From: Felis catus | Taxonomy: Eukaryota | DNA: 64,000 nt | Direction of reading: 5' to 3' | NCBI RefSeq assembly: GCF_018350175.1 | Contig: NC_058368.1 | Span: 26,166,001-26,230,000 of the forward strand | In this document: in pieces, positions 26,209-39,660 of the stretch | Position numbering within the stretch: the stretch's first letter is position 1 | How the letters are laid out: each line of letters begins with the position of its first letter | Translations under genes and position numbers: made by a program | The notes under the pieces: model-generated | The model's database searches: none | What the model was told of the DNA's origin: nothing | The model's input: the letters and a program-made list of their open reading frames with translations, nothing else

Positions 26209-27669
26209 ATATAATGGTTGCCAACTCTTCAATTAACAGTTTGATAAATATACTGAAAAATTGGGCAGTTCTCAAGTGGTAATCCCGCTAATGGATATTA
26301 TGCTTGATAAATTCATTTTGAAATTCAACTTCTGTGCAGAGTGGAAAACAATTAGAAAATCAAAGAGAAAACAAAAATAGAAGCACAAGACACAAATTTC
26401 AAAGAAATGGCTTATAGCATCTCTCTTGTCAAGAGGACAAGAAGAAATAGACCTTTCCAGAAACAAGGCCCGTGACACGAGATGACTCCTTCATTAGTTT
26501 GCCTCAAGTGGCTGAGGGGCATGGAATGCTGCCTTGCACATGCACGTGATGTGAGTGCCAAAGGTTTTTGTTCGTGACGATTTTACTGCTGTCTATGCAG
26601 GACTCACTCAATTACATGTGATGACCACGTACTTTTTCCATCACAGCATCTATAAGAATGTTTCATTTGGATTTTCCAGATCAACAGCTAATGGCCAATG
26701 AGGCTTCACAGCCCTTCCTACCAGGTGGTGCCCAGGGAACCTGATTGCAGTAGATAACTGACCATTAGGTTTAATATTTCCCTGATTTCTTTATTTTTCT
26801 TATTCTACATTTTTCTTTTGTCTTTCAACTACTGGTAATACGCAGATTGGGGTAAAACACTTCACACATTATTTCTGGTTTAATAGTCCTCGCTTTCAAA
26901 TGTGCTTTTCAGACTTTAATTAAACCTAGTCTCCCCGAGGGCCCACAGGGAAGCAGGGTTTTTTCTGCTTTTCCAGAAGGGGACAATGAAAAAGGAGTAA
27001 TGACTACAGACAGTAGAAGTGGAAAAGGGCAATGAAAAAGAAACTCTCCTGACTTATTCTGAATTTAGAAGCTTTTCTGCCTTTCTTTAGACCTAAATTC
27101 ATACTGTTAAGCCTTTTGGGGGGGGAAATCTGTTTCCTTGAGGAGGTTGAGAGGCATTAAATTCTATTTCAATTACATAAGAAAAAATTCTTATTAACTA
27201 ATTTCTTATAGGTGTAGCATCATATATAAAGTAAAATACAAAATATTAAAAAACTGTCCAGTTTCAGCTTATTTGCTTACACGAATTAATAAAATCATTT
27301 TTATTAAGTAATAAGATGATTATTTTTTATTTCTAGGCAAAATGTATTCATAATTAGACTAAAAAATAATTATAATGTGACCTATCGGCCTTTGAGACAT
27401 ATAATTTGATAATCTTATATAATTATAATTTAGTGAGACAATTGGAAATATAACCATTTTGTCTTTAAAATCCACACATAAATGGATGTAAAACAGTTAA
27501 CAAAACTCCAGTGAGGCAGCCACTGGTTAGATGTAGCTGCATTTACTCAGGCCAAAGAATATATTTGCAAGTAGTATACCAAAAGAAACACAGGGAACAT
27601 ATTTTGTGGGGATAATGAAGTATCCTTGAGAAAGCACCTGTTGTTTCCTCGATAGTAAGGCGACATGAA

Positions 27670-27848
27670 TTTTTTTTGTTATTGAGAGAGCATGAGTGGA
27701 GGAGGGGCAGAGAGAGAGCAGGACTGAAGATCTCAAGTGAGCTCTGCTGACAGCAGTGAGCCCAACGTGGGGCTTAAACTCATGAACTGTGAGATCATGA
27801 CCTGAGCCGAAGTCGAACACTCAGTCGACTGAGCCACCCAGGTGCCCC
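27670..27848 (-). mobile_element. CAN-SINE
   Basis: SINE body, ends CCACCCAGGTGCCCC. Confidence 0.9.
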
Positions 27849-28021
27849 CCAGATTTTATTGTCAAAAGCAGGTGGTAAAGGCTTGTTTTTAAAGAGAAGA
27901 CAAAAGAGCTCTCCCTCCTTGAGGTAGGTATAGTTCTGCGCAAATCTTAACAGCTTATAGGAACAGAAATCATGAGGTACAGACCTCAAATTGTTGAAGA
28001 TCCTCTCATCTAAAATTTGTG

Positions 28022-28175
28022 TATTTTTTATTGAAGTATAACTAGCATACGGTGTTATCTTAATTTCAGGTATACTATATAATGATTCAACAATTCTGTA
28101 AATTACCCAGGGCTCATCACAATAAGTGGTCTCTTAATCCCCTTGCTCTGTTTCACCCACCTTCCGTTTGGCAAG
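28022..28175 (-). mobile_element. L1 3' tail fragment
   Basis: ttttattgaagtataactagcatac...tttcaggt. Confidence 0.7.
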
Positions 28176-28399
28176 TCCGGGTTGGTTGTAAAATGTGCAT
28201 TTTTAATAATTGCAGGCAAAGAAATGAAAAGAATGAGAATGCTCTACAGACATCACATCGGAAAGAAAACACTAGCATGGGCCAGTATGGAGTGGACGGA
28301 GGAACAGGAGAGACAGGGTTCAGGGGCAGAGGAAGAAGACACGGACCAGATGAGGTGAGAAACAGCCTCCTCTGTCAGCAGGGCCCTGGCAGAGTGCTC

Positions 28400-28900
28400 A
28401 TTACTGTTGACTTCTCACCACCCTTCCCGCACACTAGACGATCAGTCGAGGCTGGCTGTGGTAATTCCATTCGCCTTACCAGTTAGGAAAGGGGCTTGTG
28501 ACCCAGTGAGGAAAGGTCTGCCGAGAGGCTTCTGGAATAGGTTTTCTCACTCTGATGAAAGAGAGGAAGAGATGGCCTTTCTTCTTTTATTGGGAATATA
28601 CTCAACCAAATCTATTCTCTGAAATTGGGAGAGTGGGTGAATGGAAAGAACTTCAGTATTTAATGACCTTGTTGAATTATTAATCAACCGATCTTGAGTC
28701 CTGTGCTCCTGGACTTCTATTCATGGGAAGTAATGTTTCCCTGTGCTTAAGCCAGTTTACCTATTTATTTATTGAAGATCTGATTGGCTTTATTAACTGG
28801 TTCATGAATTGGGCAACACCTCATCTAGCAAGTAGAGGGGAGCTCCCAAGCAAGTTTAACTCAGGGTTTTCTGTTAACTATTAACCAAGAATTCTCTAAT
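28400..28900 (+). mobile_element. Old MaLR/ERVL-type LTR carrying an 85-bp insertion
   Basis: cttaagccagttta...gggttttctgtta 3' motif split by insertion. Confidence 0.45.
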
Positions 28901-28953
28901 TGAAATAATTAATGAGATATATTGGGTATTTCACCAAAACACTTGCAGGCTAT

Positions 28954-29187
28954 ATTCTATTTTATTTTATTTTATTTTATTTTATTTTATTTTATTTTAT
29001 TTGAAAGAGAGAGAAAGAGAAAAAGGAGTGCAAGCTGGGGAGAGACAGAGGGAGAGGGAGAGAGAAAATCTTAAGCAGGCTCCAGGTCCAGCACAGAGAT
29101 GGACACAGGAGTGGGTCTCACAACACTGAGATCATGACGTGAGCTAAAATCAAGAGTTGGACGTTCAACTGAGCCACCCAGGCACCC
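28954..29187 (-). mobile_element. CAN-SINE with (ATTTT)n tail
   Basis: Pentamer repeat ~28958-29002 then SINE body. Confidence 0.9.
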
Positions 29188-29510
29188 GAAGACTATATTT
29201 TAATTACAGTTTCCATAACGTATATTTATACGTAAGTTGACTGAGCCTAGTTCATTCCAGTTTGGGTTCTCTTCTCAACTCATGGTGATCTTTCTCAAGT
29301 TCTAACTCAAGAATTCCTTCATATGTTTTTTAGTGGAAAGGCATCTAAACTAACTGACTCTAAGTAACTTTGCAACCAAGATACTGGTATTCAGAATGGG
29401 AGGATAAGCAAACAGCATCAGTTACGAAATAAGGCTTAAAACATCTATGCATGTGTTACATATCAATCCCTTCCAGATTATGTGATAAATGAGTTAATAA
29501 GGATGTCATC

Positions 29511-29723
29511 GGGGCGCCTGGGTGGCGCAGTCGGTTAAGCGTCCGACTTCAGCCAGGTCACGATCTCGCGGTCCGTGAGTTCGAGCCCCGCGTCGGGCTC
29601 TGGGCTGATGGCTCGGAGCCTGGAGTCTGTTTCCGGTTCTGTGTCTCCCTCTCTCTCTGCCCCTCCCCCGTTCATGCTCTGTCTCTCTCTGTCTCAAAAA
29701 AAAAAAAAAAAAAAACCTTGAAA
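29511..29723 (+). mobile_element. CAN-SINE, young felid type
   Basis: TSD aaggatgtcatc at 29499-29510 and 29724-29735. Confidence 0.96.
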
Positions 29724-30521
29724 AAGGATGTCATCACCTAACCAATCTGTCATTCCTAACAATGTGACCAGAAAATAAATAGAATTTATAAAGAATTTCT
29801 TTATTCTTCTCCTCACTCTTTCACCAATTGGTGACTATCTTATTAATGACAATATATTCTCCATTCTGTGCTAGCAGCTGAGAGTTAAACATTCACAATG
29901 GGTATCAGTATGCATGTTGCTGGGATTAGGAACGAAGGAATTAAAGAATAGTCCTGTTATTTCAAGGATCTGTAAGCCAGTATTGCTGAAGCTGAAAAAT
30001 TACAGGTCTTTCCGAAAGAATATCTTTGAGTTAAAGTTTGACTTTTTAGAGTAGCATGCATGGCAAGAGTAGCCCTACAATGAGTGCAGTCTATGGCAGG
30101 TCTGAATAGTCCAGCAAAGTGGGATGGCCTCTAACCTCGGGTTTCTTACGTCCTTTGGGACCACTTGTATGAGTCTTGGAAGTGCTCTGTCCTTTTGCCA
30201 GGACTCTTTTGTCCTTAGTTTGGCCCTAATAATAGCACGTAGTTAACAAGGGGAGAGATATAGTAGGGGAGATATTAATTCTTGCACCTAGCATTCTTAG
30301 GAATACCTTCTTTCTTTTTATATTTGCAGTCTTTCTATAGTGCTTTATTACACTTAAGTGCACCTCACAGAGCATCTAAGTTATTGCAATCTCTTGACCT
30401 CTGTTTTTTCCCACTTGAAATAAATCTCATGCTTCTGTCCAAGTTGCCTTTTTTTACCCATAGTTCTTATTTATTGCCCTCATGACAGCTAGAATGATTC
30501 TTCTAAAATATTTGCATAGTA

Positions 30522-30731
30522 GGGACACCTGGGTGGCTTAGTTGGTTAAGCGTCTGACTTCAGCTCAGGTCATGATCTTGTGGTTTGTCAGTTCGAGCCC
30601 CACATCCGGCTCTGTGCTGACAGCTCGTAGCCTGGAGCCTGTTTCGGATTCTGTGTCTCCTTCTCTCTCTGCCCCTCCCCCACGTGTGTTCTGTCTCTCT
30701 CTGTCTATCAAAAATAAATAAATGTAAAAAA
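30522..30731 (+). mobile_element. CAN-SINE
   Basis: TSD aaaatRtttgcatagta. Confidence 0.94.
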
Positions 30732-30812
30732 AAAATGTTTGCATAGTATACCATTTTCCCTCATCTTACTCTCACCTTTTCTGTGTGCTTGTATTTAGGA
30801 TGTGCTTCTTGT

Positions 30813-31059
30813 GTTTTTTTTTTTTAAGAATTCTTTTTAGCTTTTTTTTAATGTTTATTTATTTTTGACACAGAGAGAGACAGAGCATGAGTGGGGGAGG
30901 GGCAGAGAGAGAGGGAGACACAGAATCCGAAGCAGGCTCGAGGCTTCAGGCTCTGAGCTGTCAGCACAGAGCCGGACGCAGGGCTGGAACTCACAGACCA
31001 GGAAATCATGACCTGAGCCCAAGTTGGATGCTCAACCAACTGAGCCACCCAGACGCCCC
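30813..31059 (-). mobile_element. CAN-SINE
   Basis: TSD taggaYRtgcttcttgt. Confidence 0.94.
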
Positions 31060-31864
31060 TAGGACATGCTTCTTGTAAGCAACATGTAATCAAATTTTGT
31101 TTTCTTATCCGGTTTGACAATTTTTGTATTTCAATTGGAACAGGTAATTCACTTACATTTAATACAATTATTGATATGTTTTGGTTGATACCAACCATCA
31201 CAATATTTGCTTTCTATTTGTTCCTGCTCTATGGTCTGTTTTCTTTCATTTCCTTTCATCTTTTGGGTTGATTTTATTATGTAAATATTCCAACTTCCTC
31301 CCTCTATTAGTTATATATTCTTGTATTATTCTTTTACTGCAGAGATTATAGTAGTAACTTATCAAAGTCTAATATTAGTTGGTATTTTTACCCTCTTACC
31401 AAACAAGGTTAAGAGCCTTAGAGCCTTAGAATCTTTAAACTCTATTTGTCCTTCTCCTGACTTATATGGTATTGTTGTGTTTTAGTTTAATTTCATATTT
31501 ATTGAAAACTCCACCATAAATTATTGTTATTTTATACAATCAATTTTTATTTATGTTTATTCACATACTTAACCTTCTCATTGCTCTTTATTTTGTCTTG
31601 CATCTCTGGGCTTCTATCTGTGATAATTTTCTTTCTGCCTTTGTATTTTTTTACTATGAATCTGTTAATATGAATTTTATTGATTTTTGCTTGTATGGAT
31701 ATTTATTTCAGCTTCATTCTTGAAGGATATTTTCATTAGGTATAGAATCCTGGGTTGACAGTTATTTTCTTCCAGCGTTTTTAATTATCTATTTTCTTCA
31801 GGCTTCCAAAAGTCTATGAAGAAGTTAGCCCTAAGTTTGCTGTTGCTTTGAAATTTGTGGCTCC

Positions 31865-32091
31865 GGGGGCGCCTGGGTGGCGCAGTCGGTTGGGCGTCCG
31901 ACTTCAGCTCAGGTCACGATCTCGCGGTCCGTGAGTTCGAGCCCCGCGTCGGGCTCTGGGCTGATGGCTCAGAGCCTGGAGCCTGTTTCTGATTCTGTGT
32001 CTCCCTCTCTCTCTGCCCCTCCCCCGTTCATGCTCTGTCTCTCTCTGTCCCAAAAATAAATAAACGTTGAAAAAAAAAATTAAAAAAAAAA
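31865..32091 (+). mobile_element. CAN-SINE, young felid type
   Basis: TSD gaaatttgtggctcc at 31850-31864 and 32092-32106. Confidence 0.96.
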
Positions 32092-32619
32092 GAAATTTGT
32101 GGCTCCTTTTTCTCCCACATGATTTTAAGATTTTTCTCTTTGTCTTTGGTTTTACTCTGATGAATCTAGGTGTGGAATTCTTTTATTTATCCTGTCTGGG
32201 TTCATAGAGATCCTTGAATATGGGCTCAATGTCTTTCACTAATTTTGAAAAATTCTTAGCCATTGTCTCTCAAATATGCCATCTGCCCCATTCTCTCTCT
32301 CTCTTTCCTGTTAGGGCTCTAATTACATGTATCTTGGACTTTCTCACTGTAGGTTCCATATCTCTTATCCTCTGTTCTGTATTTTCCAACTTTTCTCTCT
32401 GTATATTCTGAATATTTTCTTCTGCTCCATCTTCCAGTTCACTAGGTCTCTTTTTAGCTTTGTCTAATCTGTTATTAATCTCTTCCATTGACTTTTTAAT
32501 TTTAGTTATTGTAGTTTTCAGATATAAACTCTGGGGGGGGGGCTCATTTTTAGAGTTTCAGTTCACTTCCAAAATCTCAGTCTTTTTTGATCTTGGCATA
32601 TTAAACATAGCTATTTTTA

Positions 32620-32900
32620 TTTTTTCTCTTTCCTTTTTTTAAAAATTTAAATTTTAGTTAGTTAACATACAGTGTAGTATTGATTTCAGGAGTAGAAGTC
32701 AATGATTCAGCACTTACATACAACACCCAGTGCTCATCACAAGTGCCCCCCTTAGTACTCATCACCCATATAGCCCATCTCCCACCCACCTCCCTCTGTC
32801 AACCCGTAGTTTGTTCTCTATCATTAAGAGCCTCAGCTTGTTTCCCCCTCTTCTCTTCCCCCCCTTCCCATATGTTCATTTGTTTTGTTTCTTAAATTAT
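32620..32900 (-). mobile_element. Short 5'-truncated carnivore L1 3' end
   Basis: Reverse complement of the 9040-9240 type 3' UTR; TSD aaYatagctattttta. Confidence 0.9.
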
Positions 32901-33829
32901 AATATAGCTATTTTTAACTCTGTGCTGGATGGAGCCTCAGTGGGTCTATTTCTGTTTTCTCTTGTTTATCTAGGTTTCCATTCATGTCTCCTCTTGTGTA
33001 CTTGGCTATTTTGGCTGTGAAATGTTTTCACAGAAATTTGCTTCTATGGCAGCAAGGGGCTGTAGCAATCCAATTGCACGATTAAGCTGATTTGAACCAG
33101 TGATTCACTCCCTGTGAAAGTCAGTTGACTCCCAGTTGACTCTTACTTCTGTAAGGTAGCCTATTTAAGTATCACTTCAAAGCCCAAATGGTTTACCAGG
33201 CTTATTCCCCAACACTTTGTGATTTCAATTCCACCCCCCCCCCCCCCGCCCCAGCTTCACAAGCCTGTCAAAAATATGAATTTCTCAACTTCTCAGTCAC
33301 TTCTTCCAGAATTGGTAAAGGTTCTATAGGAAAAGTTCCCTAACTGCCAAGCTTATGTCTGTGATTTGTCTTCTTCTGGAACTTGGCCCTGTAATTCTTA
33401 ATTAACTTGTTGATTCTCCAATGCCTTCAAGGAATTTTTTTTTTCTAACATTTTGTCCAGGGTTTTTGTTTTTGTTGTTGTTTTCAGTGGGAGCGTTTGT
33501 TCAAATTACCCAGTCTACCATGCCAGAAGTGAAGAACCTGATCCTTTAAAAATGTAAGTCACATGATGACACTGAAATTCTCTATAAATAGAATAAAAGT
33601 CCAGTGACTTCACGGTGGTCCAGAAGATCCTATGCATTCTGGCTCCAGGCTACCGCTCCAACTTTATCGCCTACAACTCTCAAATAACTTTGCATAAATC
33701 TAAGGATCAACTCAATATAAACTTCTAAGGTAAAAAGGCCATGTGACAAGATTTTAGACGTTTAGCATATTATCGTTTAGCATATTATCCAAGCAATATA
33801 TCAATTTTGATTAAATTTGAACATCTGCT

Positions 33830-34285
33830 TAAAAATAAAGATTGCCCAAAATAGTGGCTTAAACTAGACAGCTTATTTCCCACTTACACGGAAGAAGTCT
33901 GGAGATAGGCAGTGCAAGGGTGGGATGAAGGCAGCAAGTACCAGGGACCCAGGCTTTTTCTATCTTGTCGCGTGAATCTACATGGCTTTAAGTCCCAAGG
34001 TTCATTCGTGGCCTAAGGTGGTGCTAAAGTTCCTGACAGGAGGGTTCAGGAGGAAAAGGGAAGTATAAGAATGCCCCTCAATTTTAGCAGACTTTTCAGA
34101 CGACATAACACTTCTGCTGTCTTCTGATCACCTAGCTGGTCATGTAGCTTCACCTAGCTACAAGGGCAACTCAGAAATGTAGACTTTTATCTGGGAAACA
34201 GTGGGCCAAGCTAAAATAATTGGAGTGCTTTTAGTAAAGAAGGGTAAATAAGACACTGGTATGTCACTAGCAATGTCTGCCACAA
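33830..34285 (-). mobile_element. Old MLT1-type LTR
   Basis: aatagtggcttaaac...cacctagctacaaggg...agaaatgtag. Confidence 0.6.
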
Positions 34286-34671
34286 ACACTAAGAACATTT
34301 TTTCCTAAAATTTCTTGGGTTGTCTCTTTTTCTTGACTTGATCGCCTCCACGACTGCTCATAGCCTAATTCATTCAATGCTTACATCATTAAAGTACATG
34401 ATTTCAACCTCCCAAAGATTGCATGCAAAATCCTATCATTGAAACTTCTCTATCAAGCAAAACAATTTGTCCTCTTTTTCTTATGCAAACATAGAAATAT
34501 CATCTCTTTAATAAAAATCCTTTTTGCTAAAATGAGAGACGGTAAAGTTTCTCCAGAATACCCAGAATTGTCAATCACATGTCTCCAGTGAGTTTACTCT
34601 GGTTTACTGAATGTGAGTGTTTCCCTTAATTAACCCACATCTATAGTTAATTTATATAGTGTGAGTGCCAC

Positions 34672-35030
34672 TGCCTTAGTCCATTTCGGCTACCATAACA
34701 AAATAACTGACTCGGTGGCTTATAAACAACAAATTTTTATTTCGTATAGTTCTGGAGGCCAGGAAGCCTACGATAAAAATACCAGAAGATTCAGTGCCTG
34801 GTGAGGATCTGCTTTCTGGTTTGTAAATGGCCATCTCTTTGCTGTGTCCTTCTGTAGAAGAAGGGGTAACATATGTCTCTGGGGTCTCTTTTATCAGGGT
34901 ACTAATCTCATGCATGGGGGGGTCCACCTTCATGACCTAATCACCTCCTAAAGGCCCTACCTCCAAATCCCTTTTGGGATTAGGTTTCAATATGAGTTTT
35001 GTGGGAGATACAACCATTGAGCGTATAGCA
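34672..35030 (-). mobile_element. MLT1A/B-type MaLR solo LTR
   Basis: tgccttagtcc...tggcttataaacaacaaa...tctggaggcc...gacctaatcacctcc...tatagca. Confidence 0.85.
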
Positions 35031-35094
35031 GACATTGTCTGTGACCCTCTAATTAATATGCTTTTTGGTACCAATACTTTCTATATTGGATTTT

Positions 35095-35450
35095 GATTAA
35101 TGCGTCTTTCCCACTTGAAAGTAACCTCTAAGCAGGAGGAAGCATGTCTGTTTTGTTCCCATTCTTGGCATCTAGCATGGTGTGTGGGGCATAGTAGATG
35201 TTCATTAAATATTTGTTGGAAGAATGAGGAATTTAACCTTTACTGCATACCCATCATATGCCAGGTAGTATGGTAAATATTTTTCAATTATAATTTTATT
35301 GACTTGTTGTAACAACCAAATGTAAGGAGAACTATATCCCACTTCACAGATGAGATCAAGGAAGCTTGAGGAAGATAAATAATTAAACCAAGTTCACAAA
35401 GTCAGAAAGATGCAGATCTGAGGTCTGACCTGTAACCTCTGTCTCCATCG
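35095..35450. mobile_element. L2 tail and MIR fragments
   Basis: catagtagatgttcattaaatatttgttgg; cccacttcacagatgag. Confidence 0.6.
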
Positions 35451-35864
35451 TAAATGATCATTTTACTCTGGTACATTTATGTCAGCCAGGTGAGCTGTTC
35501 CCTGGCTTCCTCTGATAACAGGTTGACTGATTTCATGATAAGATGGAAATAGTAAATATTAGATTAATATCCTTCCAATCACAAATTCCTGAAGCCTCCT
35601 TGCGTTAATTAAAGGAATTCATTTATAACAATTAAATGAGAAGCATAATGGTAGGCAGCTGAGTGAGTTACTGGCTTAAAAGGGATAAATTCAGGAATAT
35701 GTTTTCAGAAATCAATGTGGACATTGATTTGATTGATCCCTACTCAGCTAACACCACTGCCCACAAGAATCAGTTGTTTAGGTGATATAATTTTGATAGT
35801 AGGATCTCTAGGAAAAAGCAAGAATGATGACAAAAATTTCAGCTACAATAACAGATGAACTTTA

Positions 35865-36089
35865 TTTATTTATTTTTTTTCTTCAACGTTTTTTATTTAT
35901 TTTTGGGACAGAGAGAGACAGAGCATGAACGGGGGAGGGGCAGAGAGAGAGGGAGACACAGAATGGGAAACAGGCTCCAGGCTCCAAGCCATCAGCCCAG
36001 AGCCTGATGCGGGGCTCGAACTCACGGACCGCGAGATCGTGACCTGGCTGAAGTCGGACGCTTAACCGACTGCGCCACCCAGGTGCCCC
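35865..36089 (-). mobile_element. CAN-SINE, young felid type
   Basis: TSD aacagatgaacttta at 35850-35864 and 36090-36104. Confidence 0.96.
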
Positions 36090-38020
36090 AACAGATGAAC
36101 TTTAAAGGATAAGGAAAAGGCAAGAAAGACAGAAAGAGATAAAGGAAAAAAGAAGAGAGGGAAACATACAAAAGAGCAGAAAACATACAAAACAGTGAAA
36201 TGGAAAGGGATGGGGATTGGCACACATTTGTTTTGTTGTTGCTGTTCTGGGTTTACTTCCCTTAGCTGCTCAGCTTTCAGTCCCCATTCTTTCAATAATA
36301 GCATCTCCATTTACTTTTTGGTAATTCCATCCTCACTTTTGGATATGCCATCTGGTGGGACTGTGGTTCAGAAACTCTGTTTTCCTCCAGCCCCCGAACG
36401 GAGCGAAGAGTTGAACCTAGTTAAGCCAGTCAGATTCTCTCTTCCTGGACTCAGAATCCTTTGTTTCAGATGCAGCAGTTGAGAAGTTCATGGTGTGAAG
36501 ACGCATGTAAGCTGTCTGGGTCTGTCCTTTCCACTACTGGGTCTTTCGCCTCCTCTCCTCAATCCTTGGAGCTTCCCCAATTTTCCCCCAACATTCCTTT
36601 CTTGCTTCAGTTTACCAGAGCAGCTACCATTGCTTGCGATCAAAGAACGCTAGCTGAAACAGTCGAGGCAGAAGATAAGTGGAAATAAATGCTGAAATTA
36701 AGATTTGGGATGCGACCCACTGAGAATCTATTTTTGGTTCCTGAAACAGTAGGTATTGGGGACAAACCTAGCTTAAACCTGAAACAGAGTGCATATTAGT
36801 GTTCACTCATTTCAGATCTCTAGGAGCAAATATAACTCACACTGTAAAGTAGCACAGGGTTTCCAAAAGGTGAGAGTAATATTCTTTTTCAAGGATAACC
36901 TATTGTAGAATTGACATCACAGTTGGGGTACGGAAAGAGTTTGTGTTTTTTTCTATATAGTTTTTTTTCTATATAAGATCTTTGTGTCTTTGATAATTTC
37001 ACATCTTTGGCATGACTAAAGGATTTTTCCATTCAAATCAACCTCCTTCAACTTGGCCAGTCTCTTCTTCCTCCCCCCCCCCCCGCCCCCCAACTTGCCC
37101 CGTGGGATTCTTTCTTTTCACTGCCAAGGATTAAATTCTCTTGTGAAAGCCTTCAAGGCAATAGACATCTGTACTGGAAAGGAGATACAAAACTGTCCAA
37201 AAAGAGAGGAGCACTTCCAAAGCTTCGGGGAGAAAATAACTGAACTCTTATTCATATTGGGGGAAAAAATCTGGTTTCAAACTGAGTTTTTTATTGACTT
37301 TTCTGCTGTTGTTGTAAAAAAGGATCATCGTTTATGTTGAATAAGAAAAGGTTATTGTTCTCCTTTACCAAAGATGCTAAGTTTGCATGTTTTGAACATC
37401 AAACAAACATCTCCATAGAGAATGGCTTGCTGCCAATATCTGGTGAGCAGGCCAGACTTTCAGCGCGGCCCAGTTATACCAGTTCTGTGCTGGTGGGCGA
37501 GCAATTCCAGAGAGAAGGCTGAATTAGAATTCAGCCCTAATCCTGCTTGGGATGCTGGGCTTTTTGGGTCTTAGCTTGATGGTCAGAAGACAATCCCACA
37601 GCATTCCAGTGGCACAGATCCATGGCTCCCTCCTCAAGCCATGTGCACGAAAGGCACCATGCTGCTGGCAATGGGGAAACATCAGATGCAATGACCACAA
37701 ATAATGATTGTACACCCACGGTATACAATACAGACCTTAACAATTACCTTGTTATTTTATCAGTGCTAATCTCTCTGCCCTTAGAACTGTCTGACATTAC
37801 TATTATATTCTGGCAATGGATGTGTGGAGTCATATGTTGTGCCAAACGGAATTGATTGTCAGTTTAGATATGATAAGGAGGATCATGCAGGAATGATATA
37901 TTATCCAAACTCTGCCCTTTCAACTTTACTCAGCGGTTTAGTCTATTAATCCAACAACGCATGGGAAGCCTGAGGCTGGATATGAGCGAATATGATTCAA
38001 TGCACAAGAACTGAGCTCTA

Positions 38021-38237
38021 GGGGCTCCTGGGTGGCTCGGTTGGTTGAGTGCCTGACTCTTGATTTTGGCTCAGATAGTGATCCCAGGGTTGTGGGATCC
38101 AAGCCCCAGGTGGGGTTCCATGCTCATTGTGGAGCCTGCTCGGGATTCTCTCTCTCTCTCCTGCTTCCCCTCCCCTGGTTCGCACACTCTTTCTCCCTCT
38201 AGATACCTAAAAAAAAAAAAAAAAAAAAAAATTTAAA
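38021..38237 (+). mobile_element. CAN-SINE
   Basis: TSD aagaactgagctcta at 38006-38020 and 38238-38252. Confidence 0.94.
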
Positions 38238-39434
38238 AAGAACTGAGCTCTAGATATTAAGTCTTAGAAAATAGCCCCTTGAAAAGGTCTCCTTTTTATG
38301 TTTATTTGCCATGGGAAATGGTGTATTTTTTTGCTCCGTGTGCAAATTTAGCTTGGGGGGAAACTCACATAGGTGATGATGTCAGGTCTCCCAAATGCTA
38401 GATGACTGACCCCTTCAGTAAAAGAACCTTAAGGGTTCTTTGCTTTTCTTATAATTGCTCAGGCTTCACTTCTATTGAAAAGTGGCCACAAAAGCCATTC
38501 TATGAAATGACTCTTTAATATTTGATAAATGAGTCCGTCTTAGGGGCCTATATGGTTGCGGCAATCATGTTTCTCAGCTAAGACTGCGTGTGTTCACATG
38601 GGACGGTCATTAAGCAAACCTTTTAAGATGACAGGAGTTCACTTCTTCTGTCTCATTTCCCAGAAAGAAGAATAATGGAATAAAGTCTGGATAGTTAAAA
38701 GGGAAAGAAAAGGGTATGCACTCTTCCCCCACTACGGCTTTCTAACCTAGAAAGGCAACATAATTTGGGGCAAAGAGCTACATTCTAAGTGGCAAAGTAA
38801 ATAGGAGATATTTATTCCTATATCTTCGTGACACTTTAATGACATAGTAGAAGATTCTTACTAGGCCCTTAATGACTTGAGAAAACTGAGACAAAGAGAT
38901 GCTGGAAAACATATTAAATATTACACAATTAATCTGAATTAAAAGACCAGAACTTGCTCAAATATCCTCAAATATCATTCAGGGGAATGAACCTCATGGT
39001 GGAGAGTGAATTGGACAATATAGATACGAGCTATTCAGCTTTCATCTGGATCCTGATATTTATTTCCATTCTATTCCAAGTGAGATCTGCTTCAAAGCAC
39101 AGACTAAGAGAGCTCCAGTCCCTCCCCAGAGATATCAGACTGTCAGACCTCTCTCTTGGGTTTCTCCTCCCTGCCCCACCACACTCCCACACCCCATGCA
39201 CGCCACACATACCTACCAGCTGCCCACCAGAAACAGCTGCCTCAGGACGGGGCTGGCAGGGGAAGTCTGCCATGGATGGACAGCCCTTAGCAGCAGCAAG
39301 AGTCCTCAGCAAAATTGTCCCTTTGGCCTCAGTTCTGACTTTGGGCTCTGACCCAGGTCTGGCAAAAGATAATATGTACCCATTGTAGAAAACATGAAAA
39401 GTACATAGAATTTTTAAAAATTGCTTATAATCTC

Positions 39435-39660
39435 GGGGCGCCTGGGTGACTCAGTCAGGTAAGTGTTCGACTTCGGCTCAGGTCGTGATCTCGTGGTTTG
39501 TGGGTTCAAGCCCCATGCTGGGCTCTTTGCTGACAGCTCAGAGCCTGGAGCCTGCTTCGGATTCTGTGTCTCCCTCTCTCTCTGCCCCTCCCCTGCTTAT
39601 GCTCTGTCTCTGTCTCTTTCTCTCTCAAAGATAAGTAAACACTTAAAAAAATTTTTTTTT
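39435..39660 (+). mobile_element. CAN-SINE
   Basis: TSD aaattgctYRtaatctc. Confidence 0.94.

Larger units (their letters stand above)
30765..33530 (-). mobile_element. Ancient L1 5' half (ORF1 and start of ORF2), interrupted by younger elements
   Basis: Minus-strand peptides MEEINNRLDKAKKRPSELED...KSKIHVI (ORF1-like) and ISIIVLNVSEL...ITCCLQE (ORF2 endonuclease start). Confidence 0.75.

Noticed and set aside
38006..38020. TSD aagaactgagc similar to the L1 TSD aagaactgagg at 6726
   Set aside because: Short A-led match consistent with endonuclease preference and chance
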